Assembly: GCA_041483895.1 (NCBI GenBank)
Contig: JBGPGO010000001.1
Location: forward strand, 352,001-416,000
Direction: 5' to 3'
Source: Fimbriimonadia bacterium
Lineage (GTDB): Bacteria; Armatimonadota; Fimbriimonadia; Fimbriimonadales; JABRVX01
DNA length: 64,000 bases
The notes beneath the pieces were generated by a model that was not told the origin of the DNA, ran no database searches, and saw nothing but the letters and a program-made list of their open reading frames with translations. Positions 47,620 to 56,549 of the stretch are shown here, one piece after another. Each line of letters begins with the position of its first letter. The first letter of the stretch is position 1. The position numbers and the translations under genes are program-made.

Positions 47620-49581
47620 CTATTCCTCCCCGTACTTCTCCTTGAGCGCCGCGACGACGGCGGGATCGGCCAGCGTCGTGGTGTCGCCCAACGCCCTACC
47701 CTCCGCCACATCGCGCAGCAGCCGCCGCATGATCTTCCCCGACCGCGTTTTTGGAAGTTCGGCGGAAATGATGATATCGTCCGGCCGCGCGATCGCCCCG
47801 ATCAACTTACCCACATGCTTCTTCAGCTCGTCGACCAATCCATCCGATCTTTCGACGCCGGACTTCAGAATAACGAACGCCGCGACCGCCTGCCCCTTAA
47901 TAGGATCGTCCTTGCCGATCACCGCCGCCTCCGCCACCGCCGGATGGTCCACCAGCGCCGACTCGATCTCCATCGTCGAAAGCCGGTGTCCCGCGACGTT
48001 CATCACGTCGTCCACCCGCCCCAGCAGCCACAGGTACCCGTCGTTGTCTCGCTTGGCCCCATCGCCCGTAAAGTACAGACCCGGATACTGCGACCAGTAT
48101 TGCTCGACGTATCGCTCCGGGTCGCCATAGATTGTCCGCAACATGCCGGGCCACGGCCGCGTCAGGACCAAGTACCCTGCCTGCCCGTTTGGCACGCTCT
48201 CGCCTGCGTCATTGATAACATCCACGCCGATCCCAGGGAAAGCGCGTGTTGCGGACCCCGGCTTGGTCGAAGTGATGCCCGGCAGAGGGGTGATTAGTTG
48301 GTGTCCGGTTTCCGTCTGCCACCACGTATCCACGATGGGAATCCTGCCGCCGCCAATGTTCTCGTGGTACCAGATCCATGCTTCGGGATTGATAGGCTCG
48401 CCGACGGTCCCCAGCAATCGCAGCGATGAGAGATCGTGCTTGCCTGGATACTCTTCCCCCCATTTCATAAACGCCCGAATAGCAGTTGGAGCGGTGTAGA
48501 GTATGTTCACGCGGTACTTCTCCACGATCTCCCAAAATCGGTCCTTGTCCGGCCAATCCGGCGCCCCTTCATAGATCACGTTGGTCGCACCGCAGGCCAT
48601 GGTGCCATAGATCACATAGCTATGCCCGGTCACCCATCCGATATCGGCGGTGCACCAATACACGTCCTCGTCCTTCAGATCGAACACCCACTTCGAAGTG
48701 GCATAGGCGCCAACCAGATAACCGCCGGTAGTATGTACAATCCCTTTCGGCTTTCCAGTCGAACCGCTGGTATAAAGTATGTATAAGATATCTTCGCTGT
48801 CCATCGGCTCCGGATCACATGTGAGCGCCGCGTCTGCCATCGCCTCATGCCACCACACATCGCGGCCTTCCACCATGCGCGTCTCGATGGCGGCACCAAC
48901 GCGCTCGTGCACGATCACCGATCGCACATTGGGACATCTCTCCAGCGCCTCATCCACCGCCAGTTTCAAATTCACGATTTTCCCTCGCCGATACCCGCCG
49001 TCTGTCGTGATCACCACCCGCGCGTCGGCATCGGTGATTCGATCCACCAAACTCTGCGCGCTAAAACCGCCGAAGACCACGGAATGCGGAGCCCCAATCC
49101 GGGCGCAGGCCAGCACCGCGATGCACAGCTCCGGCGTCATGGGCATGTAGATGCAGACCCGGTCGCCCTTGCGCACGCCCAGCTTTTTCAGCACGTTGGC
49201 CATTTTGCAGGTCTCGCGGTGGAGGTCCCCGTAGGTCAGCACCTTCTGGTCGCCCGGCTCGCCCTCCCAGATGATGGCGGCCTTGTTCTTGCGCCAGGTC
49301 TTCAGGTGCCGGTCCAGGCAGTTGACGGTGGCGTTGATCTTGCCGCCGACGAACCACTTGGCGTGCGGCGGGTCCCATTCCAGAACCTTCTCCCATGGCC
49401 GGAACCACTCCAGCTCGTTGGCGAACCCGGCCCAAAACGCCTCGGGGTCCTTTTCGGCGATTTCATAAATATTGGGATCATTAACATTCGCCAGGCGCGC
49501 GAATTCCGGGTCCGGCGGGAAAAGCCGCTCTTCCTCCAACAACGCCTCAATCTTCTGGGTCTCCACCGACATTGCATGCAC
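47620..49581 (-). CDS. acs: Acetyl-CoA synthetase
   Basis: [38 protein letters not shown]. The start may be ATG 49572. Confidence 0.97.
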   Translation of the reverse strand: MHAMSVETQKIEALLEEERLFPPDPEFARLANVNDPNIYEIAEKDPEAFWAGFANELEWFRPWEKVLEWDPPHAKWFVGGKINATVNCLDRHLKTWRKNKAAIIWEGEPGDQKVLTYGDLHRETCKMANVLKKLGVRKGDRVCIYMPMTPELCIAVLACARIGAPHSVVFGGFSAQSLVDRITDADARVVITTDGGYRRGKIVNLKLAVDEALERCPNVRSVIVHERVGAAIETRMVEGRDVWWHEAMADAALTCDPEPMDSEDILYILYTSGSTGKPKGIVHTTGGYLVGAYATSKWVFDLKDEDVYWCTADIGWVTGHSYVIYGTMACGATNVIYEGAPDWPDKDRFWEIVEKYRVNILYTAPTAIRAFMKWGEEYPGKHDLSSLRLLGTVGEPINPEAWIWYHENIGGGRIPIVDTWWQTETGHQLITPLPGITSTKPGSATRAFPGIGVDVINDAGESVPNGQAGYLVLTRPWPGMLRTIYGDPERYVEQYWSQYPGLYFTGDGAKRDNDGYLWLLGRVDDVMNVAGHRLSTMEIESALVDHPAVAEAAVIGKDDPIKGQAVAAFVILKSGVERSDGLVDELKKHVGKLIGAIARPDDIIISAELPKTRSGKIMRRLLRDVAEGRALGDTTTLADPAVVAALKEKYGEE

Positions 49582-49743
49582 CTCCTAGAGTCGGCCCCAT
49601 TCTACCGCCACCGACCCACGGAGGAAGTGAAGTCCTTCGGTGACTCGCACCGATGCCCAGGCGATTCATGATCATTCCAATCGTTTGAACCGACCACCGC
49701 TGACCGCCGGGTAGAATTGCTCAAAGTCTCACTCATGGTGTTA

Positions 49744-50601
49744 ATGATGTCTGATGGCGAAGAAATCAAGGCGGTGGGTCCCCTCGTAGTGGCAGGCGAA
49801 CTCGCAAAGGCCGGATATGATGATGCCGTAAAGCCACTGGCCAAACAGATTGGCCAAACTGGGGACACTTTGGGACGAGCAATTAACGTGCTGCTCGGAC
49901 CACTTCGCTTGCTCAATATTGGCGGCGAACAGTTTTTTGGGTGGCTGGAATCTCGGCTGCAAGAAAAACTGAAAGACATTCCAGCGGATCAACTCGTGTC
50001 TCCACCGCCAAACGTCTCGGGCCCGACAATCTTGGCGCTGGCATTCACCGTTGACATCGAAGAGCTTCGTGAAATGTTCCTGCAATTGCTCGCGACAGCA
50101 ATGAATTCTGAAACAGCGAATAGGGCGCATCCGTCTTTCATTGAGACAATCAAGCAAATGACGCCGAACGAGGCTCAAATTATCAGATACATGTACGAGA
50201 ATAGTTGGGCTGTACCAGCGATCACGATCCGCTCCATTCAAGGGCCAATAGTTCGGCTAAACGTCGAAGGATCGCCTGGGCGCGATGTGCTTCGCCACTT
50301 CACGATTGTCGATGAGGACGCAAAGTGCATCTGCAGCGTAGAACAAATCCTCTGCTATGTTGGCAATTTGGAGCGACTCGGAGTAGTCGAGATTCCAGAG
50401 ACGATGTCCTTCTCCGACAAGTCCGTATATGACTCGGTCGAGGGACACGAATACGTCCGCCAAGTAATGGAGGCCGTCAAAGCGCAGGGCGCTGAACCTG
50501 TAATCGTGAGAAGGATGATCCAATTGACTAATTACGGAGCGGAGTTCTGCAAGGCATGTATCCAGGGATCTATATGGCGCATGGCAGATCAAGAAATATG
50601 A
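49744..50601 (+). CDS. Abi-alpha/DUF4393 family protein
   Basis: PPPNVSGP, ELREMFLQLLATAM, AHPSFIETIKQMTPNEAQI, NLERLG, LTNYGAEF..AC. Start uncertain. Confidence 0.8.
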   Translation: MMSDGEEIKAVGPLVVAGELAKAGYDDAVKPLAKQIGQTGDTLGRAINVLLGPLRLLNIGGEQFFGWLESRLQEKLKDIPADQLVSPPPNVSGPTILALAFTVDIEELREMFLQLLATAMNSETANRAHPSFIETIKQMTPNEAQIIRYMYENSWAVPAITIRSIQGPIVRLNVEGSPGRDVLRHFTIVDEDAKCICSVEQILCYVGNLERLGVVEIPETMSFSDKSVYDSVEGHEYVRQVMEAVKAQGAEPVIVRRMIQLTNYGAEFCKACIQGSIWRMADQEI

Positions 50602-50664
50602 GCTTGCTTTCCCATAATAGGCTTGGAACTAGACGTGATTGTTGAGGAATCCAGGAGGTTCATC

Positions 50665-51375
50665 GTGAGCAGATTGGTCGCCGTTTGCCCAGCCGTCGCA
50701 TTGGTTATCCTGGCAACAACTTTGGTTGCTGGCTGCACCATGAGTGACGGCGCACCCGATGCAAAGAAGACTGCAGCCGCACCGGTCGAGCGCGAATCTC
50801 CACCGGAGAGCCGCCCCAGGGTAAGCGACGAATCCAGACCGCAAGAATTGGTCACTATGGCGAAGTTCAGCCAAATCCAAGTGGGTATGAGCTACAGGAG
50901 GGTTGTCGATATCATCGGTGAAGGTGGGGAGAAAGTTCTAAGCACCTCAATGGCTGGACCCAATTCAACATTGTACCAATGGAAGGATCCCGACGGTGGA
51001 GAAATGCATGCCGTGTTCCAAGATGGCAAGCTCGTGAGCAAATCACAATCCGGTCTGAAAGGCAGTGCGACCACTGCTGGGGGGCCGTCCAAAGCCAAAT
51101 CGAGAATTCCAAGAAGGAACGTCATCGGCACTTGGTCGGATGACAGCATCGCCGAAGGGTGCATATTGACCATCTACCAACAACATGGAAAGACGATGCT
51201 CGAGATGCGAACCGATAGTGGCAACGTTGGATACCGGCCACTGATTGCGCGCAACCGACGACGATATGATGTGATTGCTTCTGCCACCGGAGACCGCTAC
51301 GTCATCGCTCCCAATGGCAAACTCGAAATGCGCGATAACATGGGGCTAATCGGCGTTGCAAGGCGCCTGAGATAG
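50665..51375 (+). CDS. DUF3862/BLIP-like lipoprotein with an extra C-terminal domain
   Basis: AGGAGG SD plus GTG; lipobox VAGC; FSQIQVGMSY..V..IIG..G, YQW, FQDGKLVSKSQSGL. Confidence 0.75.
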   Translation: MSRLVAVCPAVALVILATTLVAGCTMSDGAPDAKKTAAAPVERESPPESRPRVSDESRPQELVTMAKFSQIQVGMSYRRVVDIIGEGGEKVLSTSMAGPNSTLYQWKDPDGGEMHAVFQDGKLVSKSQSGLKGSATTAGGPSKAKSRIPRRNVIGTWSDDSIAEGCILTIYQQHGKTMLEMRTDSGNVGYRPLIARNRRRYDVIASATGDRYVIAPNGKLEMRDNMGLIGVARRLR

Positions 51376-51515
51376 CAAGATCTAATTAGTTCCCCGATGG
51401 CTCCGATCGCGCTAGCCAACAATGCACGGAGGCGGCCGTATCCTAATGTGTCGTAGTTTCGGAAGTGATATCTACTATGCCATCTGGCAATATCAGGTGC
51501 TTCTTACACCTTTGG

Positions 51516-51674
51516 TCACCGCTCATTCCGCATACGGTAAAGCTCGTCCTTGTTGTCAACCGGCTCGCCGAGCGCGTTGTAAAGCCGCCCGCATGCCTCG
51601 TTCACGCACTCATAGCCAATAACGTCACCTGAACAAACAGGATCCATAGGTTCATCGCAATTAGGACAATTCAC
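51516..51674 (-). CDS. Small Zn-ribbon-like protein (52 aa, below the ORF track cut-off)
   Basis: Hand translation: MNCPNCDEPMDPVCSGDVIGYECVNEACGRLYNALGEPVDNKDELYRMRNER. Confidence 0.5.
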   Translation of the reverse strand: MNCPNCDEPMDPVCSGDVIGYECVNEACGRLYNALGEPVDNKDELYRMRNER

Positions 51675-52044
51675 CAGTGGATTCTACCCGATGCGCCGCG
51701 GTGTCCGACTCAGGCGCAATCACTCCCCGGGTCTCTGACCGGATGAACCTCGGCCCGCCGATCCCCAATGCCCTGCCCTAACACGTCACATCCACCTTCT
51801 ATCCCTCAACTGGTCCTCTTTACGTTGACAAGACGTGGTTTACACTTCTGACAGGACATTCTTGACACTTTTGCCAAGAGGAGAGGATGCCATTTATGGG
51901 AAGTATCGAGCAGCAGTGGGAGCGAATGTTGAGGAATGCAAGCCAAAACTTTTCTAATCATGCCTTCCTGGGCATCATCTGATTAACCCATACCGGAGAA
52001 CGGTTAGTGTCCACACTCTTGGGCGCAATTCAATCCGTCCGCAA

Positions 52045-52488
52045 TTAGGAGACGGGCCGCCGATCAGAACGAGTGCGGGGCCTTGATGCCAAAAGGGCAC
52101 GTCGAATCGATCGGTATACGCTGGTCAATTCGGAGGCGCCTATCGGTTCTGAAGTCTGCCATCCCTCGCGAGATGACCTATCCCTCCAGATAAGGGGTGT
52201 CTCGCCGAAATCTCCTGGATAACCTTCAATGGAGACACCGCTATGCGTTCTTTCCATCAGGATAACTCCACCAAGTTGGCCAACGAGTCCAATTTTCCCT
52301 CCGTGTACTCGACCACCCTTACTATCGTCCCGCCTTAACTCCATGCTAACCCGTAATTCTCGATCTTGGCTCAGCCGTTGCAGCAAAACCCCTACGAACG
52401 CCGCTTCATTTTCAAATTCTGGCCAGTGCTCCGAAACAATATTTTCGATCGTTGATTCGTCATGCAAATCTATCATCTCGCTCGGCAC
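52045..52488 (-). CDS. Hypothetical protein
   Basis: 147-aa ORF with AGGAG SD before GTG; no recognisable motif. Confidence 0.55.
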   Translation of the reverse strand: MPSEMIDLHDESTIENIVSEHWPEFENEAAFVGVLLQRLSQDRELRVSMELRRDDSKGGRVHGGKIGLVGQLGGVILMERTHSGVSIEGYPGDFGETPLIWRDRSSREGWQTSEPIGASELTSVYRSIRRALLASRPRTRSDRRPVS

Positions 52489-52595
52489 TCTCCTCTTTTG
52501 CCTGGGATTTCTTCAGCGAAGTACAATGATGCTTCTTTGTCACGCGCAGATCGTCATGTTGACGGACTGGACGGATTGCAAATTCGCGGAAAAGT

Positions 52596-53117
52596 TCAGT
52601 CCTCGACCTTCAAGCTCCTCATTTGTGATTCGATTCGGGCCGCCCAGTCTGGAACTTCCTTTGTTGCCAATGACTCTGCAGTCTGCACGAGGACTCCACA
52701 GTACCATAGCAAACTGGTTGACACCGCATCGAAGGACTTGGAGCGACTGCTAGCCCTTTCGAATGCGTCAGCGTCTGCCGCCGTACGCGGCCTCGCCAGA
52801 TTCAATCCAAGGCACCTCGCAGAAAGGACAAGACAGACGAGTTGAAACTTGTTGGCCGCTGCGAGCGATCGGGGATTAGCCTTTAGAGTATGAATGATAG
52901 CATTCGTACGCTCGCACTCGGATACGATCAATGCCGCATATTTCTGGCTCGCATTTCCACCTCTTTCATCCTGGTTCACGGCCTTAGCGGCTGACCAGAT
53001 TCCGGTGCACTCTCTCTCACATGCATCGCATTTACTAACAACCCACTCTTTGGTGTAAGTCTCTTCCGAAAATGGTTGCGCCGCAACCGTAGCAATCAAA
53101 ATGAACAATGGTATCAT
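52596..53117 (-). CDS. Secreted Cys-containing hypothetical protein
   Basis: AAGGGG SD, signal-like MIPLFILIATVAA, six Cys. Confidence 0.55.
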   Translation of the reverse strand: MIPLFILIATVAAQPFSEETYTKEWVVSKCDACERECTGIWSAAKAVNQDERGGNASQKYAALIVSECERTNAIIHTLKANPRSLAAANKFQLVCLVLSARCLGLNLARPRTAADADAFERASSRSKSFDAVSTSLLWYCGVLVQTAESLATKEVPDWAARIESQMRSLKVED

Positions 53118-53249
53118 GTCGTCCCCTTTTTCGCAGTGTGGTCTTAGACCTCGCTGGCCCCTTGCACCACGTCCTAGGTCCATCGGGCAGACCTACGCAA
53201 CCCCGTTAGCAGAGGAACTGCAGGTCGGGAGAGCGATGAATTCTACCTT

Positions 53250-53440
53250 AATCCGCCGTTTGTGGTCCACCACGCAACTGTTCCGGTCCCCGACGCGCCG
53301 TGGTGTCTCACCACGCGCCGTAACTCTACCGGTCTTCCGACCATCAAAGCGCCGCAAGAGTTGTGCAGACGTTGTCCTGTCGCCGTACATGTGATTGTGG
53401 AGGCAAATCACGTGAATTCGCCATTGCCGCAGTGGTCGGC
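53250..53440 (-). pseudogene. Possible DUF1259-like gene remnant
   Basis: Fragment LRQWRIHVICLHNHMYGD resembles the DUF1259 'LR..GI.V.A.HNHM..E' motif; no clean start. Confidence 0.3.
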
Positions 53441-53478
53441 ACGGACCCTCAACAATGTGATTGTTGAGGAATATCAAA

Positions 53479-53712
53479 CTACGATGCGACCCGCACGTAC
53501 TCGCCGGACGAACCGGGCGTCGGAACAGAAGCGCCGTCAGCCTTGGCGGACTCGATCCAGACCTCAATGGCTTCCCGAATGCGTTCGATTGCCTCATTCC
53601 GCGTCGCTCCCCAACTGTGGCAGCCCGGAAGATCGGGGGCTGTGACGGAATAGCGACCATCAGGCTCTTTTTCCAGGATGACGAGGTACTCCGATGCCTG
53701 GTGGTTTCTCAC
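53479..53712 (-). CDS. hicB: Orphan short HicB-family antitoxin
   Basis: YLVILEKEPDGRYSVTAPDLPGCHSWGATRNEAIERIREAI; no adjacent hicA. Confidence 0.85.
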   Translation of the reverse strand: MRNHQASEYLVILEKEPDGRYSVTAPDLPGCHSWGATRNEAIERIREAIEVWIESAKADGASVPTPGSSGEYVRVAS

Positions 53713-53748
53713 CCATCCTAGATCCCATCCGATAGCCGGAAGAAATGT

Positions 53749-53895
53749 TCACGAAGAACCTTTCTTTTCAATTTTCACCACGGTCCCCGGCTTCACAGTT
53801 TCCAGAGCAAGCAGTACATCTTCGGCCAATTCACCCAAGGCCACGAAATCCTGCGAAGGCGCCCTTAGAACCAGGATCGCAATCTTGGAACGCAT
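53749..53895 (-). pseudogene. C-terminal remnant of a DUF5615 PIN-like toxin
   Basis: Hand translation MRSKIAILVLRAPSQDFVALGELAEDVLLALETVKPGTVVKIEKKGSS, directly after DUF433; lacks the N-terminal MK.LLDE start. Confidence 0.55.
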
Positions 53896-54134
53896 GATTC
53901 GGCATCCGTCGCTTGATGGACTAGAGCCAACTGCCAGCGAAGCACGGCCTGAATGTGCTCCTCGCTCAGAGAGGGGTAGCTGGCAAGGATTTCTTCGACA
54001 CTGTGACCAGCAGCCAGGTTATCGACCACTGTGTCCAGCGGAACGCGGGTGCCGTTAAAACAGGGTTCGCCACCTAGTATTTCGGGGTCAATGTTCATAA
54101 CGTGCTCGAGGCCGTGTGGGATTTTCGTGAGCAT
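53865..54134 (-). CDS. DUF433 family putative antitoxin
   Basis: IDPEILGGEPCFNGTRVP, GHSVEEILASYPSL. Confidence 0.9.
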   Translation of the reverse strand: MLTKIPHGLEHVMNIDPEILGGEPCFNGTRVPLDTVVDNLAAGHSVEEILASYPSLSEEHIQAVLRWQLALVHQATDAESCVPRLRSWF

Positions 54135-54240
54135 GAGATTGAGTATACCGTCGCTGGCCGCCTGATGGGACTGACCTTTCTTCCCCCGTTGCGACGTGGT
54201 GTTCCACTATGCGCGGCAACCGGACCAAAGCCCTAAAGAG

Positions 54241-54270
54241 TTGACAAGCGTCTACCTGTTCAGGTATCAT
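54241..54270 (+). promoter_or_regulatory. Sigma70-type promoter with no protein gene downstream
   Basis: TTGACA-N18-TATCAT. Confidence 0.65.
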
Positions 54271-54276
54271 ACCCCC

Positions 54277-54490
54277 AATGCTGCAGCAGCGCAATCCATA
54301 AAACATAGTCACTGGTGGCTATCCCGAAACCGTTCGACCCGCGTCGGCGCGGCCGTCTGTTTCGAAATCAAATAGGGTGAAGTGGTCTCCGCGGCGGGCA
54401 AAGCCCAACAGAACGCGGCGTGTGTGTCCTAACCCGGTGTGCGCGCCCTTCCTTCCGGCCAACCCCCCGCGGAACCATTCTCCCCGATCG
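54277..54490 (+). ncRNA. Candidate ~210-nt structured small RNA
   Basis: Three consecutive folded domains downstream of the promoter; G-U pairs favour the + strand; no family recognised. Confidence 0.35.
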
Positions 54491-54505
54491 ACTCCGTCGC
54501 TCGGG

Positions 54506-55609
54506 CTATTTCCGCTGCCTTCTCCGCCGCAAAACCGCCGCGACAACACCCAACCCCAGCGCCACCGTCGCCGGCTCCGGCACAACGCGCGCATTGTCGA
54601 TAAGGGATGAGACATTCTGCCCATTATCGATCCCTTGGAACCGCAAATTCATGGTAGCTGAGGTCGCCGCAAAGAATGCCGTTTGCTCAGGGGTCCAGAC
54701 ACCAAATGAGGACACGGAGCCCAGAATCTCAAGGGAATCCGCAAACACATGAAGGTGGTGGCCAGCTCCCGGCAAACCAGATAGATCAAACAGTACCTGA
54801 TACTGATCGCCAACAACCAGATCAGTCATGTCCTGCGATACATAGCCGTCCCTTTGGACGAATCCAAACTGCTTCCCGTTGGTGGCTGTGGAACCCCAAG
54901 GACTGCCTACCGAAGCTATGCCGGTCCCGCGATCAAACGCAAAGTGCGGCACAAATGTCCAGCCGACACCAACTGTTCGCGGATCGTAGGCCCAAGCTTT
55001 TGGATCAAGATTCGGCGATTCAAAATCCCCGTTCCCAATATGCCGGTAACCGTACGATGGCGGAGTATATGTGGAGATCGTAACATCGTCTATCAAAGAT
55101 GCCCGATCGGGCGACGCCCCAGATGAGCCGACAAAGCCGATCATCTGTGACGTCGCGGTCGCGACGAAAGGTTGATATTGGTACTGAAGCCAACTGAAGG
55201 AAAAAGGCAGGACGCCTCCACCTTGAGCGACTCCATCCACTGTCAACTGCATTGAGTTGCTTGTGTCGGCCCCAAAACCTCCATGACGCACGGCATTCCA
55301 TGCGCGTACGACATACGCTTGCCCAACTACCAAATTCGAGACCTGTTGTCGTATCTCGCCCGGCGTACCACTATTCGTTTGGACGAACCCATATTGCTGG
55401 CCGCCGTGCGCACCGGTGCCCCACGGACCGCTGCCATTCGCTACCCCCGAACTATTCGTAAGACTCCAACCAAAGCCTGAAGGCCTATAAGACCAATTGC
55501 CCGTGCCGAGATTCGGCGACTCAAAACCAGCGTTGGTAAATCCGGGAAGGTCGGCAAAGGCTATGCTCGCGGCGGCAATCGCCGCCACCATTGCGAAAAG
55601 CGTTCTCAT
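54506..55609 (-). CDS. PEP-CTERM protein with tandem DUF642/galactose-binding-like domains
   Basis: Signal peptide; two NxxFESP..LIDxxx repeats; VPEPAT, then TM, then RRRRQRK. Confidence 0.88.
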   Translation of the reverse strand: MRTLFAMVAAIAAASIAFADLPGFTNAGFESPNLGTGNWSYRPSGFGWSLTNSSGVANGSGPWGTGAHGGQQYGFVQTNSGTPGEIRQQVSNLVVGQAYVVRAWNAVRHGGFGADTSNSMQLTVDGVAQGGGVLPFSFSWLQYQYQPFVATATSQMIGFVGSSGASPDRASLIDDVTISTYTPPSYGYRHIGNGDFESPNLDPKAWAYDPRTVGVGWTFVPHFAFDRGTGIASVGSPWGSTATNGKQFGFVQRDGYVSQDMTDLVVGDQYQVLFDLSGLPGAGHHLHVFADSLEILGSVSSFGVWTPEQTAFFAATSATMNLRFQGIDNGQNVSSLIDNARVVPEPATVALGLGVVAAVLRRRRQRK

Positions 55610-55784
55610 TTTATCACCTCAGCATCGCGCAAGCGCGAATGGCATTAGCAGCCAGGCCGAGAAGAATGAAAAACCATCGCTTGCAATAATAACACAGAAT
55701 TGCCGCTATGTCGATATCGCAGCCCCGAAAACGCGGGCGCTTGAGAGCTGCCAACTTGTCGGATATCGGCATGCGGTCCCGCGG

Positions 55785-56549
55785 CTACAGGACTCTCAGA
55801 ACGACTTCATGCAACGCACTGTTGCTACCGATCACATTCGGCGTGAAGTAGTTGGGGTTGCCGGACCAGTCGGTGATCTGGCCGCCGGCTTCGCGCACGA
55901 TGGGATAGAGCGCGCAGACGTCCCACGGACTGACGCTGGCATCGATAAACGCGTCGGCGCGGCCAGCGGCGACCATAAGAAGACCGTAGGCATCCGGCAG
56001 CGTTTTGACCTCGGCGCATAGGGGGAGCATGCGTTCCAGCGAAGATGCCTTCCCCTGTCGATACAGAAAGGCCAGCTCGCAAAAACCCACCAACGCGGCA
56101 TCCAGGCGATCGGTGGACGAGACGTGGATCGGGCGGGAGTTGCACGCGACGCCACAGCCGTCCGCCGCGCAATACAGCTCGTCCAACGCCGGCAGATAGG
56201 CCGCCCCCGCCACCGGCCGGCCCTCCACCTCCACCCCCACCAAAACCGAGTAGGTCGGCAGGCCCCGGATAAAAGCCTTCGTGCCGTCGATCGGGTCGAT
56301 CACCCATCTTATCGGCGCCGCGCCATTCTCCTCGCCATACTCCTCCCCCACCATCCCGTGCGACGGGTAGGTCCGTCGAATCGCCTCCCGAATGATCTTT
56401 TCCGCCCCCCGATCCGCCTCCGTCACCGGCGATTGGTCGGCCTTGCGATCAACCGCTACTCCGTTGTTGAAATATTCCAGCGTGAACTGCCCCGCGCGAT
56501 GGGCGATGTCGGCGGCGAAGTCGCGTAGTTCTGAAAGGGGAGGAATCAT
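55785..56549 (-). CDS. hisN: Inositol monophosphatase family, histidinol-phosphatase-like
   Basis: KADQSPVTEADR, GEE, WVIDPIDGTKAF, WDVCA..EAGG. Confidence 0.8.
   Translation of the reverse strand: MIPPLSELRDFAADIAHRAGQFTLEYFNNGVAVDRKADQSPVTEADRGAEKIIREAIRRTYPSHGMVGEEYGEENGAAPIRWVIDPIDGTKAFIRGLPTYSVLVGVEVEGRPVAGAAYLPALDELYCAADGCGVACNSRPIHVSSTDRLDAALVGFCELAFLYRQGKASSLERMLPLCAEVKTLPDAYGLLMVAAGRADAFIDASVSPWDVCALYPIVREAGGQITDWSGNPNYFTPNVIGSNSALHEVVLRVL

Noticed and set aside
49700..54500. Prophage or integrative element
   Set aside because: No integrase, phage structural genes, tRNA or att repeats seen.
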